From NCBI GenBank assembly GCA_963841435.1, contig CAWJCS010000005.1:544001-608000 (forward strand): 64,000 bases of DNA, given 5' to 3'. How positions within the stretch are numbered: position 1 is the first letter of the stretch; each line of letters opens with the position of its first letter. Origin of the DNA: an uncultured delta proteobacterium. Its GTDB lineage: Bacteria > Myxococcota_A > Polyangia > Polyangiales > Polyangiaceae. Shown one piece after another: positions 30,353-40,451 of this stretch. Under the pieces are notes generated by a model. That model saw nothing but the letters and a program-made list of their open reading frames with translations, was not told the DNA's origin and did not search any database. The translations under genes were made by a program, and so were the position numbers.

Positions 30353-31723
30353 ATGCGGATCCGACCTCTTTCCCGTCGCGCCATGCTCCGAGGCGCCGGT
30401 GCGTGCCTCGCGCTGCCGTTCCTCGACGCCATGCGGCCCGAACGCGCGAGCGCGCAGAGCGCCACGGTGCAGCGCTTCTTCGGCTTCTTCTACCCGAACG
30501 GCACCGATCCTTCGCGCTGGGATCCCACGCCCGGCGCGCTCAGCGCCTCGAATCTCACCGAGTGCCTCGTCAACCTCGGAGGCTTCGACGCCGAGGGCAT
30601 CTGGCCGGCCGGCAACGCCATCGTCAACGACGTGACGGTCGTCACGGGCATCGACCACTCGGGCGTCGCGGCGGACATCCACATCCCGTCGATGGCGTTC
30701 TCCGCGCACAAGGGCGCCGGCAACAACTACACGCCGTCGGCGCCGACGCTCGACCAGTACCTCGCCGACGATCTGCGCGGCGAAACCCCTTATCGGAACC
30801 TCGTGCTCTCGGCGACGTCGAGTTCGGACATCGCGCAGGGCACGCTCTCGTTCAAGGCCGGCGGCCAGCCCGACAGCGTCGTCCGCAACCCCAAGCAGCT
30901 CTTCGACACGCTGTTCAGCGGCGGCAGCGTCGGCACCATGAACGACCCGGCGGCCGACGCCGCCCGTAAGCGCCAGCAAAGCGTGCTCGACCTCGTGCGC
31001 GGCGACGCCCAGCGCCTGAGCGCGCGCCTCGGCGGCGCCGACAAGCAGCGCCTCGACCAGTACCTCGAGTCCGTCTACGAGCTCGAAGGCCAGGTGAACG
31101 CCACGCCGACGGTCTCCTGCACGGTGCCGAGCCAGCCCGCCTCGGGCGGCAACTGGCACAGCAAGGCCAAGCTCTTCATCGATCTTGCCGTGACGGCCAT
31201 GGCCTGCGACCTCACACGCGTCGTCATCCTGCAATACAGCGACAGCTGGGGCGTCAACTACAGCGATTACCCGCTCGGCTCGGGGACGGACGCGCTCAAG
31301 GACTGGAGCGACCACTTCATCTCCCACAAGCTCGACGACACGGATCGCGCGACCGACCTCGACGGCCTCGACCGCACGCAGGCCATGGCGATCGCCAACG
31401 CACGCGTCGTCACCACGTCACGCTTCAAAGTGCGCCGCTACGCCTACCTCGTGAACGCGCTGAAAAGCGTCCCCACGGCCAACGGCACGCTGCTCGACGA
31501 AAGCCTCGTCCTTTACGCCTCGGAGAACGGCGACGGCGACAGCCACGCCCGCAAGCGCATGCCGACGCTCATCGCGGGCCACGCGGGCGGTTTCGAAACG
31601 GGCCGCACCGTCAACGCCGCGAACAAGACGACGGGCGCCCTGCACGCCTCGCTCATCTCGCGCTACGGCCTCTCCGTTTCGAGCTATGGCGACCCGGCGG
31701 GAACGCCCATCGCCGAGCTCTAG
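30353..31723 (+). CDS. DUF1552 domain protein with a Tat-like signal
   Basis: LSRRAMLRGAG..LALPFLDAM, YPNG, QSVLD, D..RLD.YL and AMACDLTRV. Confidence 0.88.
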   Translation: MRIRPLSRRAMLRGAGACLALPFLDAMRPERASAQSATVQRFFGFFYPNGTDPSRWDPTPGALSASNLTECLVNLGGFDAEGIWPAGNAIVNDVTVVTGIDHSGVAADIHIPSMAFSAHKGAGNNYTPSAPTLDQYLADDLRGETPYRNLVLSATSSSDIAQGTLSFKAGGQPDSVVRNPKQLFDTLFSGGSVGTMNDPAADAARKRQQSVLDLVRGDAQRLSARLGGADKQRLDQYLESVYELEGQVNATPTVSCTVPSQPASGGNWHSKAKLFIDLAVTAMACDLTRVVILQYSDSWGVNYSDYPLGSGTDALKDWSDHFISHKLDDTDRATDLDGLDRTQAMAIANARVVTTSRFKVRRYAYLVNALKSVPTANGTLLDESLVLYASENGDGDSHARKRMPTLIAGHAGGFETGRTVNAANKTTGALHASLISRYGLSVSSYGDPAGTPIAEL

Positions 31724-31880
31724 GCGGAGCCTCGACGCGCCTTGCCGCGTTCCGACGCTCGCCCGACCTGAACGACCTCTTGGCGCAAAAAGACGTGGCC
31801 GGGTCCTGCTCGAAGCGTTCGTGCCACACGACGCGCGTCGGGTAGCGCGGCAGGGGCAGCGGGACGCGGTGGACGATCTC

Positions 31881-32876
31881 TCACTCCACGTTCACGTCGA
31901 AGCTCCGGAACACCGCGCCCCCGCGCTGATCATTGACGGTGACCCACAGCCGCACGACGCCGACCGGGCTCGCGGGAGCGCGGAACGAGCCTGAATAGTC
32001 ACCCACCTGGCCGAGCGACTTGTCGCTCACGAGCTGCGTGTCGGCGGTGAATTCGCCCGCCGTCGCGTAGTAGCTCGCCCAGAGGATTTCGCTGCCGCCG
32101 GGGATGGCCTCGATGCTGCCGGCCGTCACGTGGGGGGCGACCCGGTGGACGGGACATTTCCCGCGGTCCGCGCTGACGCACGGCGAGACGCGCGGCAGGC
32201 AACCCGGATCGTCGACGCAGTCGAGATCGGGAACGTCCGTGCCGTCGAACGTGAGCGCATCGAGCTCGGGGTTCTGATTCACGTCGCCGTCGTAGCTGTA
32301 GAGCGTCGTGAAGCCCACGACGAAGTCGCTCGCACCCCGCGACGCCCCCGTGTTCGGATCGACGCAGTCGATGGGCAGCCGATCGGTGAAGTCGGGGCGC
32401 AGCACGAGCTTGCCGGCGCACACGGCGAAGAACGCGTACGAGACGCCGAAATGGATCGGATCCATCTCGAGCTGGGGCGCAGCGCTCAGGATGTCGTCGG
32501 GGAGGTCGAAGCTTGCCCTAGGTCCGAAGGCGACGGTACCCGGCGGCAGCTCGTCGAGCGACGAGACGCTCGCCGCGAGCTCACGAAGGGGCGGGATGCA
32601 GGCGTAGTAGAGGCGCGAGGGGGGATTGTGGCAGCCGAAGAGCCAGGCCATCTCGAGCGGTCGGGGCGGCTCGCCCGGCCCCGTTTTCCCGTCGGCGACG
32701 AGCATGTCGAGCGAGATCGTCGCTCCCGGCGACCCGGAGGCAGGCTCGGGTCGCACGGCGAGCACGCGCAGGCCGTGGACCTCCGACTGCGGGTCGAACC
32801 CCGCGTCGCAGCCGAGAGCGGCGACCGCCAAGGCGACCGCCACCAGATGGAAGCTCCGGGGCCACTCGCTCGTCAT
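31881..32876 (-). CDS. Lipoprotein partner of the TonB-dependent receptor
   Basis: Lipobox ALGC, LRVLAVRPEP, NQNP and V.DQRGG; overlaps the receptor stop codon (TGATG). Confidence 0.75.
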   Translation of the reverse strand: MTSEWPRSFHLVAVALAVAALGCDAGFDPQSEVHGLRVLAVRPEPASGSPGATISLDMLVADGKTGPGEPPRPLEMAWLFGCHNPPSRLYYACIPPLRELAASVSSLDELPPGTVAFGPRASFDLPDDILSAAPQLEMDPIHFGVSYAFFAVCAGKLVLRPDFTDRLPIDCVDPNTGASRGASDFVVGFTTLYSYDGDVNQNPELDALTFDGTDVPDLDCVDDPGCLPRVSPCVSADRGKCPVHRVAPHVTAGSIEAIPGGSEILWASYYATAGEFTADTQLVSDKSLGQVGDYSGSFRAPASPVGVVRLWVTVNDQRGGAVFRSFDVNVE

Positions 32877-35458
32877 CAGAACTCTCCTCGCAAGCCGAGG
32901 CTCGGCACGATTGGCAGGCTCGCGGTCGCGGGTTTGCGTTGGCTGTAGTCGAAGTTGTACCCCATGAAGTCGGGATTCGTACGGTTGTACGCGTTGATGA
33001 GGTCGAGGTAAGCGCCGAGCGTGAAGCTCGAGAAGACCCAGCGCTTGTCGACGCGCACGTCGAGCTGATGAAACGGTGGGAGCCTGTCGCTATTCGTGGG
33101 GCCCTGCAAGCAGAGGTACTGCGTCGCGATGCTGCTGTAGAGACCTCCGTTGCACGGCGTGTAGAGGTTGCCGGAAACGAACCGGAAGCGCGCACCGAGC
33201 TCCCAACCCGCGCCGAGCGTGTAGCTGCCGAGTACGGTCAAGATGTGCGGCTGATCGAGGTCGAAGAGCTCCGAAGGCTCGCCCGGCGACCAGGTGCGCT
33301 CCGAGCGCGACAACGTGTAGGAAATCCAGCCGAAAAAGCGCTCGTCGGCACGGTAGCGCAGCATGAGCTCCGCCCCGAAGATGCGCCCCTTGGCGAGGTT
33401 GTTGTAGCGGATGACGCCGCTTTCGTCCGGCGCCCGACCGATCACGTCGTCGAGCAAGTTGTAGAAGCCCTCGAGCGACGCTTCGACGTGATCGCCGATC
33501 TCCTGCTCTATGCCGAGCGAGTTCTGCCACGAGCGCGTCGAGCGAAGGTGCGTCTCGCGATCGGAGAGCACCGTTTCCCCGAGGCCGGGCGCCTGGAAGA
33601 ACAGGCCGGAGCCACCCTTGAGCGTCGTCCGGGGAGAACCGGGCACGAGATCGTAGCGCGCCGTCATGCGCGGGCTCACGTTGACGTTTCGCCCCTCGTG
33701 CGTGTAGTCGAGGCGCACGCCCGAGACGAGCTCAGAACGCTTCGAAGGCCTCACGGCGAGCTCTCCGTACACCGCCGGCAAGAAGAACAGCGCCGAGTGG
33801 TCGAAGCTCCGCGTCGGCACGGTGATGAACGGACCGAGATCCTGCCCGCCACCCGGATCCTCCGGCAGCTGACCCTTCAGATTGTAGGGGGCGAGCAGGA
33901 TATCGTAGCCCGTGCGAAGCGTAGTATTCGGCAGGATCTTCGTCACTAGCTCGCCGCGCGCGAGCACGCCGAGCGCCTCGGTGTCGGCCAAGATGGTGCT
34001 GATGGCGATGCGCTGCCGCGAGCGTGCAATCGACGTCGTGAACTCGACGTCCGAATCCTCCGAGAGATGCACCTTGTAGATGGCGCCGACGCCGAAGGAC
34101 GCGTTGCTCGACGCGAGCGCGCCCCCGCTGGCCGAGCTTTCGTTGACGAGACGGATGCGGTCGTCGTAGCCCAGCATGCCGATGCGGAGGTAACTGTTCT
34201 TGGTGGGGCGGCGGTCGAGGATGAGCTGCCAGTCGTAGTAGACGGGAGCGCCCTCGATCTGGGTATCCTCGTTTTCGATGAGCGGCACGAGCCACGCATC
34301 GACGTGGCTTCGACGAAAGCCGCCGATGAAGTTCCAGCCCGAGGCGAGCGGCACGGGCCCCTCGGCGAGCGCGCGCACGTCGATGAGGTCGAGCTGCAAA
34401 AGGCCATGGTAGCGCCCGTCGTTGCGCGTTTCTCGGAGGTGCGCGTCGACGACGCCCGCGAGTGCGCGCCCGTACTTCACGCCGAAATTGCCGGGGTAGA
34501 AGTTGACCTCGTCGAGCATCTCCGTCGGCACGACGCTCGAAAGTCCGCCGAAGTGATAGATGGTCGGCACCCAGAGACCGTCGACGAAAACGGGCGTGGT
34601 CTGATCGGCGTTGCCTCGCACGACCAGCAACCCGGAAAGCGCGGGGGGACGCGCAACACCCGGCAGGTTCTGGATCGCGCGCAGCGCGTCGCCCGACGTG
34701 CCGGGGACGCGTTCGAGCTCGCGGCGCGAGATGCTGCGCCGCGTGACCTCGCGGTGCGGACGGGCACCTTGGACCACGACTTCTTCGCCGTCGGCAGGTG
34801 CGGTCGGCGCCACGTCGTAGCGAACGCTCACGCGCTCGGACGGCAGAAGCTCCTCGGAGCTCGCGAACGGCTCGTACCCTTCCGCTTCCACCTTCACCGT
34901 GTAGCGTCCTGCGGGGAGCCCGGGCGACTCGAAGCTGCCGTCCGCGCCGGTCACGAGCGTCGAGACTGGCGCGCCGTCGCGGCTGATCTCGACCGCTGCT
35001 CCGGCAAGCGGTGTCCTGGTCCCGGCGATGAGCACGCGCCCGCCGAGAAGCGACGGCGAAGGGCTGCCCTCGACGGGCTTTTCAGGGGTAAAATGGAACG
35101 AGTAGCGATAGACGATGCGCGACTTCACGGGGCGCCCGTCGAGCGTCGCGGGCTCGAAGACGAACTTCAGCGCAGCGGCCTGTGCGGCCTCGTCGAAGCC
35201 GTGCCCCGCGGGCGAGAGCACCTCCGCCTTCTCGACGTGGCCCTCGCGGTCGATCTCGAGCATGAGGTCCACCTCGCCTTCGAGCTCCTGGTGCTTCGCC
35301 TGCTCCGGATAGGGCGCCGGCACGAAGGTCAAGAGCTCGGGCTCGGTGACCTTCGACGACCCCGCGGGCGTGGACGGCTCCTCTGCGAGCGCCGGACGCA
35401 CCACCCCCAGGGCGACACACACCAAGCCCCCAAACAAGAGCCGCCACCGGCCGAGCAC
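32876..35458 (-). CDS. TonB-dependent receptor with an N-terminal TonB-C domain and a carboxypeptidase-regulatory-like domain
   Basis: YPEQA..G.V.L.L.ID..G.V...GFDEAA..A...F.PA (TonB_C), a plug (DALRAIQNLPGV) and a barrel ending in GLRGEF. Confidence 0.88.
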   Translation of the reverse strand: MLGRWRLLFGGLVCVALGVVRPALAEEPSTPAGSSKVTEPELLTFVPAPYPEQAKHQELEGEVDLMLEIDREGHVEKAEVLSPAGHGFDEAAQAAALKFVFEPATLDGRPVKSRIVYRYSFHFTPEKPVEGSPSPSLLGGRVLIAGTRTPLAGAAVEISRDGAPVSTLVTGADGSFESPGLPAGRYTVKVEAEGYEPFASSEELLPSERVSVRYDVAPTAPADGEEVVVQGARPHREVTRRSISRRELERVPGTSGDALRAIQNLPGVARPPALSGLLVVRGNADQTTPVFVDGLWVPTIYHFGGLSSVVPTEMLDEVNFYPGNFGVKYGRALAGVVDAHLRETRNDGRYHGLLQLDLIDVRALAEGPVPLASGWNFIGGFRRSHVDAWLVPLIENEDTQIEGAPVYYDWQLILDRRPTKNSYLRIGMLGYDDRIRLVNESSASGGALASSNASFGVGAIYKVHLSEDSDVEFTTSIARSRQRIAISTILADTEALGVLARGELVTKILPNTTLRTGYDILLAPYNLKGQLPEDPGGGQDLGPFITVPTRSFDHSALFFLPAVYGELAVRPSKRSELVSGVRLDYTHEGRNVNVSPRMTARYDLVPGSPRTTLKGGSGLFFQAPGLGETVLSDRETHLRSTRSWQNSLGIEQEIGDHVEASLEGFYNLLDDVIGRAPDESGVIRYNNLAKGRIFGAELMLRYRADERFFGWISYTLSRSERTWSPGEPSELFDLDQPHILTVLGSYTLGAGWELGARFRFVSGNLYTPCNGGLYSSIATQYLCLQGPTNSDRLPPFHQLDVRVDKRWVFSSFTLGAYLDLINAYNRTNPDFMGYNFDYSQRKPATASLPIVPSLGLRGEF

Positions 35459-35473
35459 CCCGACCCCCGGTGC

Positions 35474-35665
35474 TCAGCCGATGACGCTGATGGCCTGAGT
35501 GGGACAGTCCGCCATGGCCTGCTCCACCTTGGCGCGTAACGCCTCGGGTGGCTCTTCCTCTAGAATGTAGAGGAAGCCGTCCTCACGCACCTCGAACACT
35601 TCGGGGCAAGCCTTCATGCAGCGGGCGTTGCTACCGCACTTGTCGAAGTCCACCACGATCTTCAT
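35474..35665 (-). CDS. Small ferredoxin, [3Fe-4S]-type (CxxNxxC..CP)
   Basis: MKIVVDFDKCGSNARCMKACPEVF...ADCPTQAIS. Confidence 0.88.
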   Translation of the reverse strand: MKIVVDFDKCGSNARCMKACPEVFEVREDGFLYILEEEPPEALRAKVEQAMADCPTQAISVIG

Positions 35666-35750
35666 GCGCCGGACCGTACATGAGCGATGCCGCGGCGCCA
35701 ATCCGATCCGCAGCCTTTCTTTAGGTCGGATCTGCCCCGGCACGATGGGC

Positions 35751-36602
35751 TCAGCCGAAACGTCCCGTGATGTAGTCCTCGGTGCGGCGCTCCTTGGGCC
35801 GCGTGAACACGACCTCGGTGCGGTCGTACTCGATGAGCTCGCCGAGGTAAAAAAATGCGGTGTGGTTCGCGACGCGCGCCGCCTGCTGCATGTTGTGGGT
35901 CACGACGACGATCGCGTACGCCTGGCGGAGCTCGTGAATCAGCTCTTCCACGCGCGCCGTGGCAATGGGGTCGAGCGCCGAGCACGGCTCGTCCATCAGC
36001 AAGACTTCCGGCTCGAGCGCGAGGGCGCGCGCGATGCACAACCGCTGTTGCTGGCCGCCCGACAGGCCGACGCCGGAGCCGTCGAGCCGGTCCTTGACCT
36101 CGTCCCAGAGCGCGGCCTTGCGCAACGCCTTCTCGACGAGTGCTTCGGAGTCGGGACCGACCGATCCGTTGAGGAGCAGGCCCGCGAGCACGTTGTCGCG
36201 GATGGACAGCGTGGGAAACGGATTCGGCTTCTGGAACACCATGCCGACGCGGCGCCTGACGACGACCGGATCGACCCCACGCGCGTAGATGTCGGCTTCG
36301 TCGAGGAGCACCTGGCCCCCGATGCGGGCCCCCGGCACGACCTCGTGCATGCGATTGAGCGAGCGCACGAAGGTCGATTTGCCGCACCCTGACGGGCCGA
36401 TCACCGCCGTGACCTGGCGGTCGAGGAGCGGCAAATCGATGCCCTTCAAGACCTCGAGCTCGCCGTAGTACGCGCGGAGCCCGACGGTCCGCATCTTCGC
36501 GTGCGCCGTGAGCTCCGCGGCGCGCGGCTCGGACCCGAACGCGCTGTCGTCCTCGAGGCCCGTCGGCGTGCGCAGGCGCGGAGCAGAAGCGCGCTCGGTC
36601 AC
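35751..36602 (-). CDS. pstB: Phosphate ABC transporter ATPase
   Basis: [47 protein letters not shown] and [12 protein letters not shown] overlap with pstA. Confidence 0.97.
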   Translation of the reverse strand: MTERASAPRLRTPTGLEDDSAFGSEPRAAELTAHAKMRTVGLRAYYGELEVLKGIDLPLLDRQVTAVIGPSGCGKSTFVRSLNRMHEVVPGARIGGQVLLDEADIYARGVDPVVVRRRVGMVFQKPNPFPTLSIRDNVLAGLLLNGSVGPDSEALVEKALRKAALWDEVKDRLDGSGVGLSGGQQQRLCIARALALEPEVLLMDEPCSALDPIATARVEELIHELRQAYAIVVVTHNMQQAARVANHTAFFYLGELIEYDRTEVVFTRPKERRTEDYITGRFG

Positions 36603-37441
36603 GTCGCGCGTAGCCTTCGCCGCGACAGGAAGTGAGCGCCAACGTTCAAAAGCAGTACCATGCCGAGCAGCACGAGCGCCGCGGCCCAGGCTTGCTGGTG
36701 CCACTCGGGATAAGGCGACACGGCGTACGTATAGATGCCGACGGGCAGCGAGGCGGTCGGCTCCGTCCAGCCCCAGGACCAGAAGCGGTTGTTGAACGCG
36801 GTAAACAGCAGGGGCGCAGTTTCGCCCATGGCCCGCGCGATGGCCAGCATCACGCCCGTGACGATACCGGGCGCCGCCGTCGGCAAGACCACTCGCAGCG
36901 TCGCGCGCCATTTGGCCACTCCGAGCCCGAGGGCCGCTTCGCGCAGCGACCCCGGCACGAGGCGCACCAGCTCCTCGGTTGACCGGGCGATGCCCGGCAG
37001 CATCAGCACCGCGAGGGATAGCGCCCCCGCGAGCGCCGAAAAGCCGCCCATGCGCGTCACGAGCAGCTGGTAAACGAAGAGCCCGACGACAATCGACGGC
37101 ACCCCAGCCATCACGTCGGCCCCGAAGCGCACGAACTTGGCGAAGCGGGTTTCGCCGAACTCCGCGAGGTGCACCCCCGCGAGGATACCCGCCGGAACGC
37201 CGACGAGCGCGGCCAGACCGACGATACGAAGCGTGCCGAGGATGGCTTGACCCATGCCGCCGCCCGACTCGCCCACGGGACGCGGCAGCTCCGTGAAGAA
37301 CGCGAGACTGAGACCTCCGAGCCCGCGCACGAGCAAGAAGCCGAGCACGCTGAACAGTGGCACGAGCGCCAGCAGCGTCGCGAAAAGGCACGCCCCGCGC
37401 GCCAAGCGATCGAACAACCTCCGCTTGAGCGCCCGGTCCAT
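36599..37441 (-). CDS. pstA: Phosphate ABC permease
   Basis: [29 protein letters not shown] and [11 protein letters not shown]. Confidence 0.95.
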   Translation of the reverse strand: MDRALKRRLFDRLARGACLFATLLALVPLFSVLGFLLVRGLGGLSLAFFTELPRPVGESGGGMGQAILGTLRIVGLAALVGVPAGILAGVHLAEFGETRFAKFVRFGADVMAGVPSIVVGLFVYQLLVTRMGGFSALAGALSLAVLMLPGIARSTEELVRLVPGSLREAALGLGVAKWRATLRVVLPTAAPGIVTGVMLAIARAMGETAPLLFTAFNNRFWSWGWTEPTASLPVGIYTYAVSPYPEWHQQAWAAALVLLGMVLLLNVGAHFLSRRRLRAT

Positions 37442-38409
37442 CAGCGTTGCCTCAAGAGGCCGTTGTTGCCGACGACACGCGAGACGAGCAGGCGCGCGAA
37501 CGCGTTGAGCAGCACCGTCACGATCAAAAGCACGAGACCGAGCTCGGCTAGCGCGGCGAGGTGAAGCTCGCTCGTCGCCTCGGCGAACTCGTTGGCGATA
37601 CCGCTCGCCATGGTGTAGGAGGGCGCGAAGAGCGAAGCGCTGATCTCGGCACGGTTGCCGATCACCATGGCGACGGCCATCGTCTCACCGAGCGCGCGAC
37701 CGAGCCCGAGCAACGTCGCCCCGAGGAGTCCCGAGCGCGCGAACGGCAGCACCGAAAGAGCGAGCATCTCGCTCTGCGTGGCCCCGAGCGCCAGGGCTCC
37801 CTCGCGCAGCGACGACGGCACGGCGCGCAGGACCTCGCGCGATACGGAGGCGATTGTCGGCAAGATCATGATGGCGAGCACGATGCCGCCGGTGAGCATC
37901 CCGAAGCCCTGGTAGGGACCGCTGAAAAACGGAAGAAACCCGAACGTCCCGGCCAACCACGGCTCGATGAAGCGCCGCAGCCACGGCGCCAGCGCCAGCG
38001 CGCCCCACAAGCCGTAGACGACGCTCGGCACGGCGGCGAGCAGATCGATCAGGAAGCCGAGCGGCGCGCGCTGCCAATCGGGTGCGAGCTCCGAAAGGTA
38101 GATCGCGGCGCCGAGCGCGATGGGCACGGCCATGAGCAGTGCGAGCGCGGAGGAGACCAGCGTGCCGTACACGAAAGGCAGCGCGCCGAACACCGAGTGC
38201 ACGGGATCCCACACACGGCCCACGACGAAGCCCAGGCCGAACTCCCGCAAGGAGGGCCACGATGCACGCGCAAGCTCCGCGGCCATGGCCGAGAGCCCGA
38301 GCACGACCACCAACGCGAACGCCGCCGTGACGGCGTAAAACACCCGATCCGCGTTGTTCTTACCCGCGGGCACCGAGAGCGGGTAAGAAGGAGCCGCCGG
38401 AGGGCTCAC
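37441..38409 (-). CDS. pstC: Phosphate ABC permease
   Basis: WDP...[33 protein letters not shown] and IANEFAEA. Confidence 0.95.
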   Translation of the reverse strand: MSPPAAPSYPLSVPAGKNNADRVFYAVTAAFALVVVLGLSAMAAELARASWPSLREFGLGFVVGRVWDPVHSVFGALPFVYGTLVSSALALLMAVPIALGAAIYLSELAPDWQRAPLGFLIDLLAAVPSVVYGLWGALALAPWLRRFIEPWLAGTFGFLPFFSGPYQGFGMLTGGIVLAIMILPTIASVSREVLRAVPSSLREGALALGATQSEMLALSVLPFARSGLLGATLLGLGRALGETMAVAMVIGNRAEISASLFAPSYTMASGIANEFAEATSELHLAALAELGLVLLIVTVLLNAFARLLVSRVVGNNGLLRQR

Positions 38410-39698
38410 GCCACGGCCCGCGTGCTCGCGGGCTCCGCCTTCTTGAGGCTCACGCTGAAGCTCGTGCCCTCACCGGGCGCGCTCACGACGCCGACGGTGC
38501 CCCCCATTGCTTCCGACAGGTGCTTCACGATGGAGAGTCCGAGCCCCGTGCCACCAAGCTCACGTGAGCGACCCGCGTCGACGCGGTAGAAACGCTCGAA
38601 CAGCCGCGGCAGGTGCCGCTCCTCGATACCAGGGCCGTCGTCCGACACCACGATCTGGATATCCGGCCCGGTGTCGACGGCGCCGAGCGAAACTCGGCAC
38701 CCGTCCGGGCAATACTTCACGGCGTTGTCGACCAGATTCGTGAGAACGTGCTCGAGCGCCCGGCGGTCGGCAAGGACGCGCGCGAGGCTGACGGGCGCGT
38801 CGTTCACGAGCTCGACGTGCTTCTTGTCGGCTCGCTCGCGAAACAGGCTCAGGACCTGCGCGAATATCGCGCGCGGCTCGAGGGGCTCGGGCACGAGCTT
38901 GAGCTTTTGCGACTCGATGCGCGAAAGGTCCAAGAGGTCCTCGACCAGGCCGTGGAGCCGCTCGGCGTTCCTCGCCATGATGCCAATGAACTGGTTCGAC
39001 ACGGTCTCGTCCTCGATGCCGGCCTGCAGCGTTTCGGCGGCCGAGCGAATCGCCGTCACGGGCGTGCGAAGCTCGTGCGAGACGTTCGCCACGAAATCGC
39101 GCCGCAGCGACTCGAGCTTTCGGACCTCGGTCACGTCAACGAACACCGCAAACACCTGCCCCTCTCGCCCGGGCAGCCGCGCCGCACGCACCAGGAGGCG
39201 CCGAGGCTTGAGCCCTTCGAGCTCGATCTCGCCGACGATCGCCTCGCCTTCGCGGGCGTGCTCGATGAGCTCCTTGAGCTCGGCGTGGCGGATGGCTTCG
39301 AGCTGCGTCTTGCCGACGGCATCGGCTCCGAGCAAAAGCATTTCGCGCAGGGCGCTGTTGATTAGCGTGATGTGGCCCTGCTCGTCGAGCAGCAAAACGC
39401 CTTCCTCCATGCCCGCGAGAATGCCGCGCAGGCGATCGCGCTCGTCGGTGAGCTCGGTGAGCGCCGTGGCGAGTGCCTGACCGGCGCGCGCCTCGGCCGC
39501 CGCCCTGTGGTCCTGGTCCCCGTGCGACACGCGGCGCAGCGCGAGCAGCGCGGTGCCACCCGCGGCAATCACGCCGAAAAGCGCGAGGGCGGGCAGGTGC
39601 TGACGCTGCTCCGGAACGAAGACGTAGGCGAATGCGAGGAGTGCTGCGACGACGCCAAGCGCCCTGAGAAAGAGCCAGGGACCGAGGCCCGGCCTCAC
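38406..39698 (-). CDS. phoR: Phosphate-regulon sensor kinase (2 TM, PAS, HisKA, HATPase)
   Basis: RRDFVANVSHELRTP, NLVDNAVKY, DDGPGI and FERFYRVDAGRSRELGGTGLGLSIVKH; directly upstream of pstC. Confidence 0.9.
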   Translation of the reverse strand: MRPGLGPWLFLRALGVVAALLAFAYVFVPEQRQHLPALALFGVIAAGGTALLALRRVSHGDQDHRAAAEARAGQALATALTELTDERDRLRGILAGMEEGVLLLDEQGHITLINSALREMLLLGADAVGKTQLEAIRHAELKELIEHAREGEAIVGEIELEGLKPRRLLVRAARLPGREGQVFAVFVDVTEVRKLESLRRDFVANVSHELRTPVTAIRSAAETLQAGIEDETVSNQFIGIMARNAERLHGLVEDLLDLSRIESQKLKLVPEPLEPRAIFAQVLSLFRERADKKHVELVNDAPVSLARVLADRRALEHVLTNLVDNAVKYCPDGCRVSLGAVDTGPDIQIVVSDDGPGIEERHLPRLFERFYRVDAGRSRELGGTGLGLSIVKHLSEAMGGTVGVVSAPGEGTSFSVSLKKAEPASTRAVA

Positions 39699-40396
39699 GG
39701 CACCGCCTCTTCGGGGGTCGCGACGAATCGGTAGCCGACACCACGAACCGTCTCCACGTACTCGCGTGCCCCCTCGAGCTTTTCACGCAGACGCTTGACG
39801 TGCGTGTCCACCGTGCGCGTCGTGATGTCCGCCTGGATGCCCCACACGTCGTCGAGCAGCGCCGAACGCGTCTGCACGCGGTTGCGACGATCGTAGAGCG
39901 TCACTAGCAGCTTGAACTCGAGAGCCGTCAGCTCCACCTCGGTGCCGTCCACCCAGATGCGGTGTGCGCCGCGGTCAATCTTGAGCCTACCGAACTCGAT
40001 CGTGAGATCGCCCCCGCGCGAATCGGGGCGGCCCCGGCGGAGAATCGCCTGAATGCGCAGCATCAGCTCGCGCACGCTGAACGGCTTCACGACGTAGTCG
40101 TCGGCGCCGAGCTCGAAGCCCACGACCCGGTCGATCTCCTCGCCGCGCGCCGTCAGCATGATCACGGGCAGGCCGCGCGTCGCGGCGCCGTTCTTCAGCT
40201 GCTTGCAAACCTCGGTGCCCGAGATGTCGGGCAGCATGAGATCGAGGAGCACCAGATCGGGACTCAGCTCGCGCGCCAGCTTCAGGCCGTCGGCGCCGAG
40301 CTGGGTGACGGTCACCTCGTGGCCTGCCTGGCGCAGGTTGTAATCCAGCACCTGCTGCAGGTCCTGCTCATCTTCGACGACTAGAATGCGGCTCAT
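39695..40396 (-). CDS. phoB: OmpR/PhoB-family response regulator (copy 2)
   Basis: ILVVEDE, LLDLMLP, LTARGEEIDRV, GADDYVVKPFS, TRTVDTHVKRLREK and TVRGVGYRF. Confidence 0.88.
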   Translation of the reverse strand: MSRILVVEDEQDLQQVLDYNLRQAGHEVTVTQLGADGLKLARELSPDLVLLDLMLPDISGTEVCKQLKNGAATRGLPVIMLTARGEEIDRVVGFELGADDYVVKPFSVRELMLRIQAILRRGRPDSRGGDLTIEFGRLKIDRGAHRIWVDGTEVELTALEFKLLVTLYDRRNRVQTRSALLDDVWGIQADITTRTVDTHVKRLREKLEGAREYVETVRGVGYRFVATPEEAVP

Positions 40397-40417
40397 ACAC
40401 CTCGGTAGCCCGATCAA

Positions 40418-40433
40418 GTGACGGGATTGTGAC
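40418..40433 (-). promoter_or_regulatory. Pho-box-like direct repeat upstream of phoB copy 2
   Basis: The minus strand reads GTCACaatcccGTCAC, with the two half-sites 11 bp apart. Confidence 0.7.
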
Positions 40434-40451
40434 ACCCCCCGCTCCTCACCG

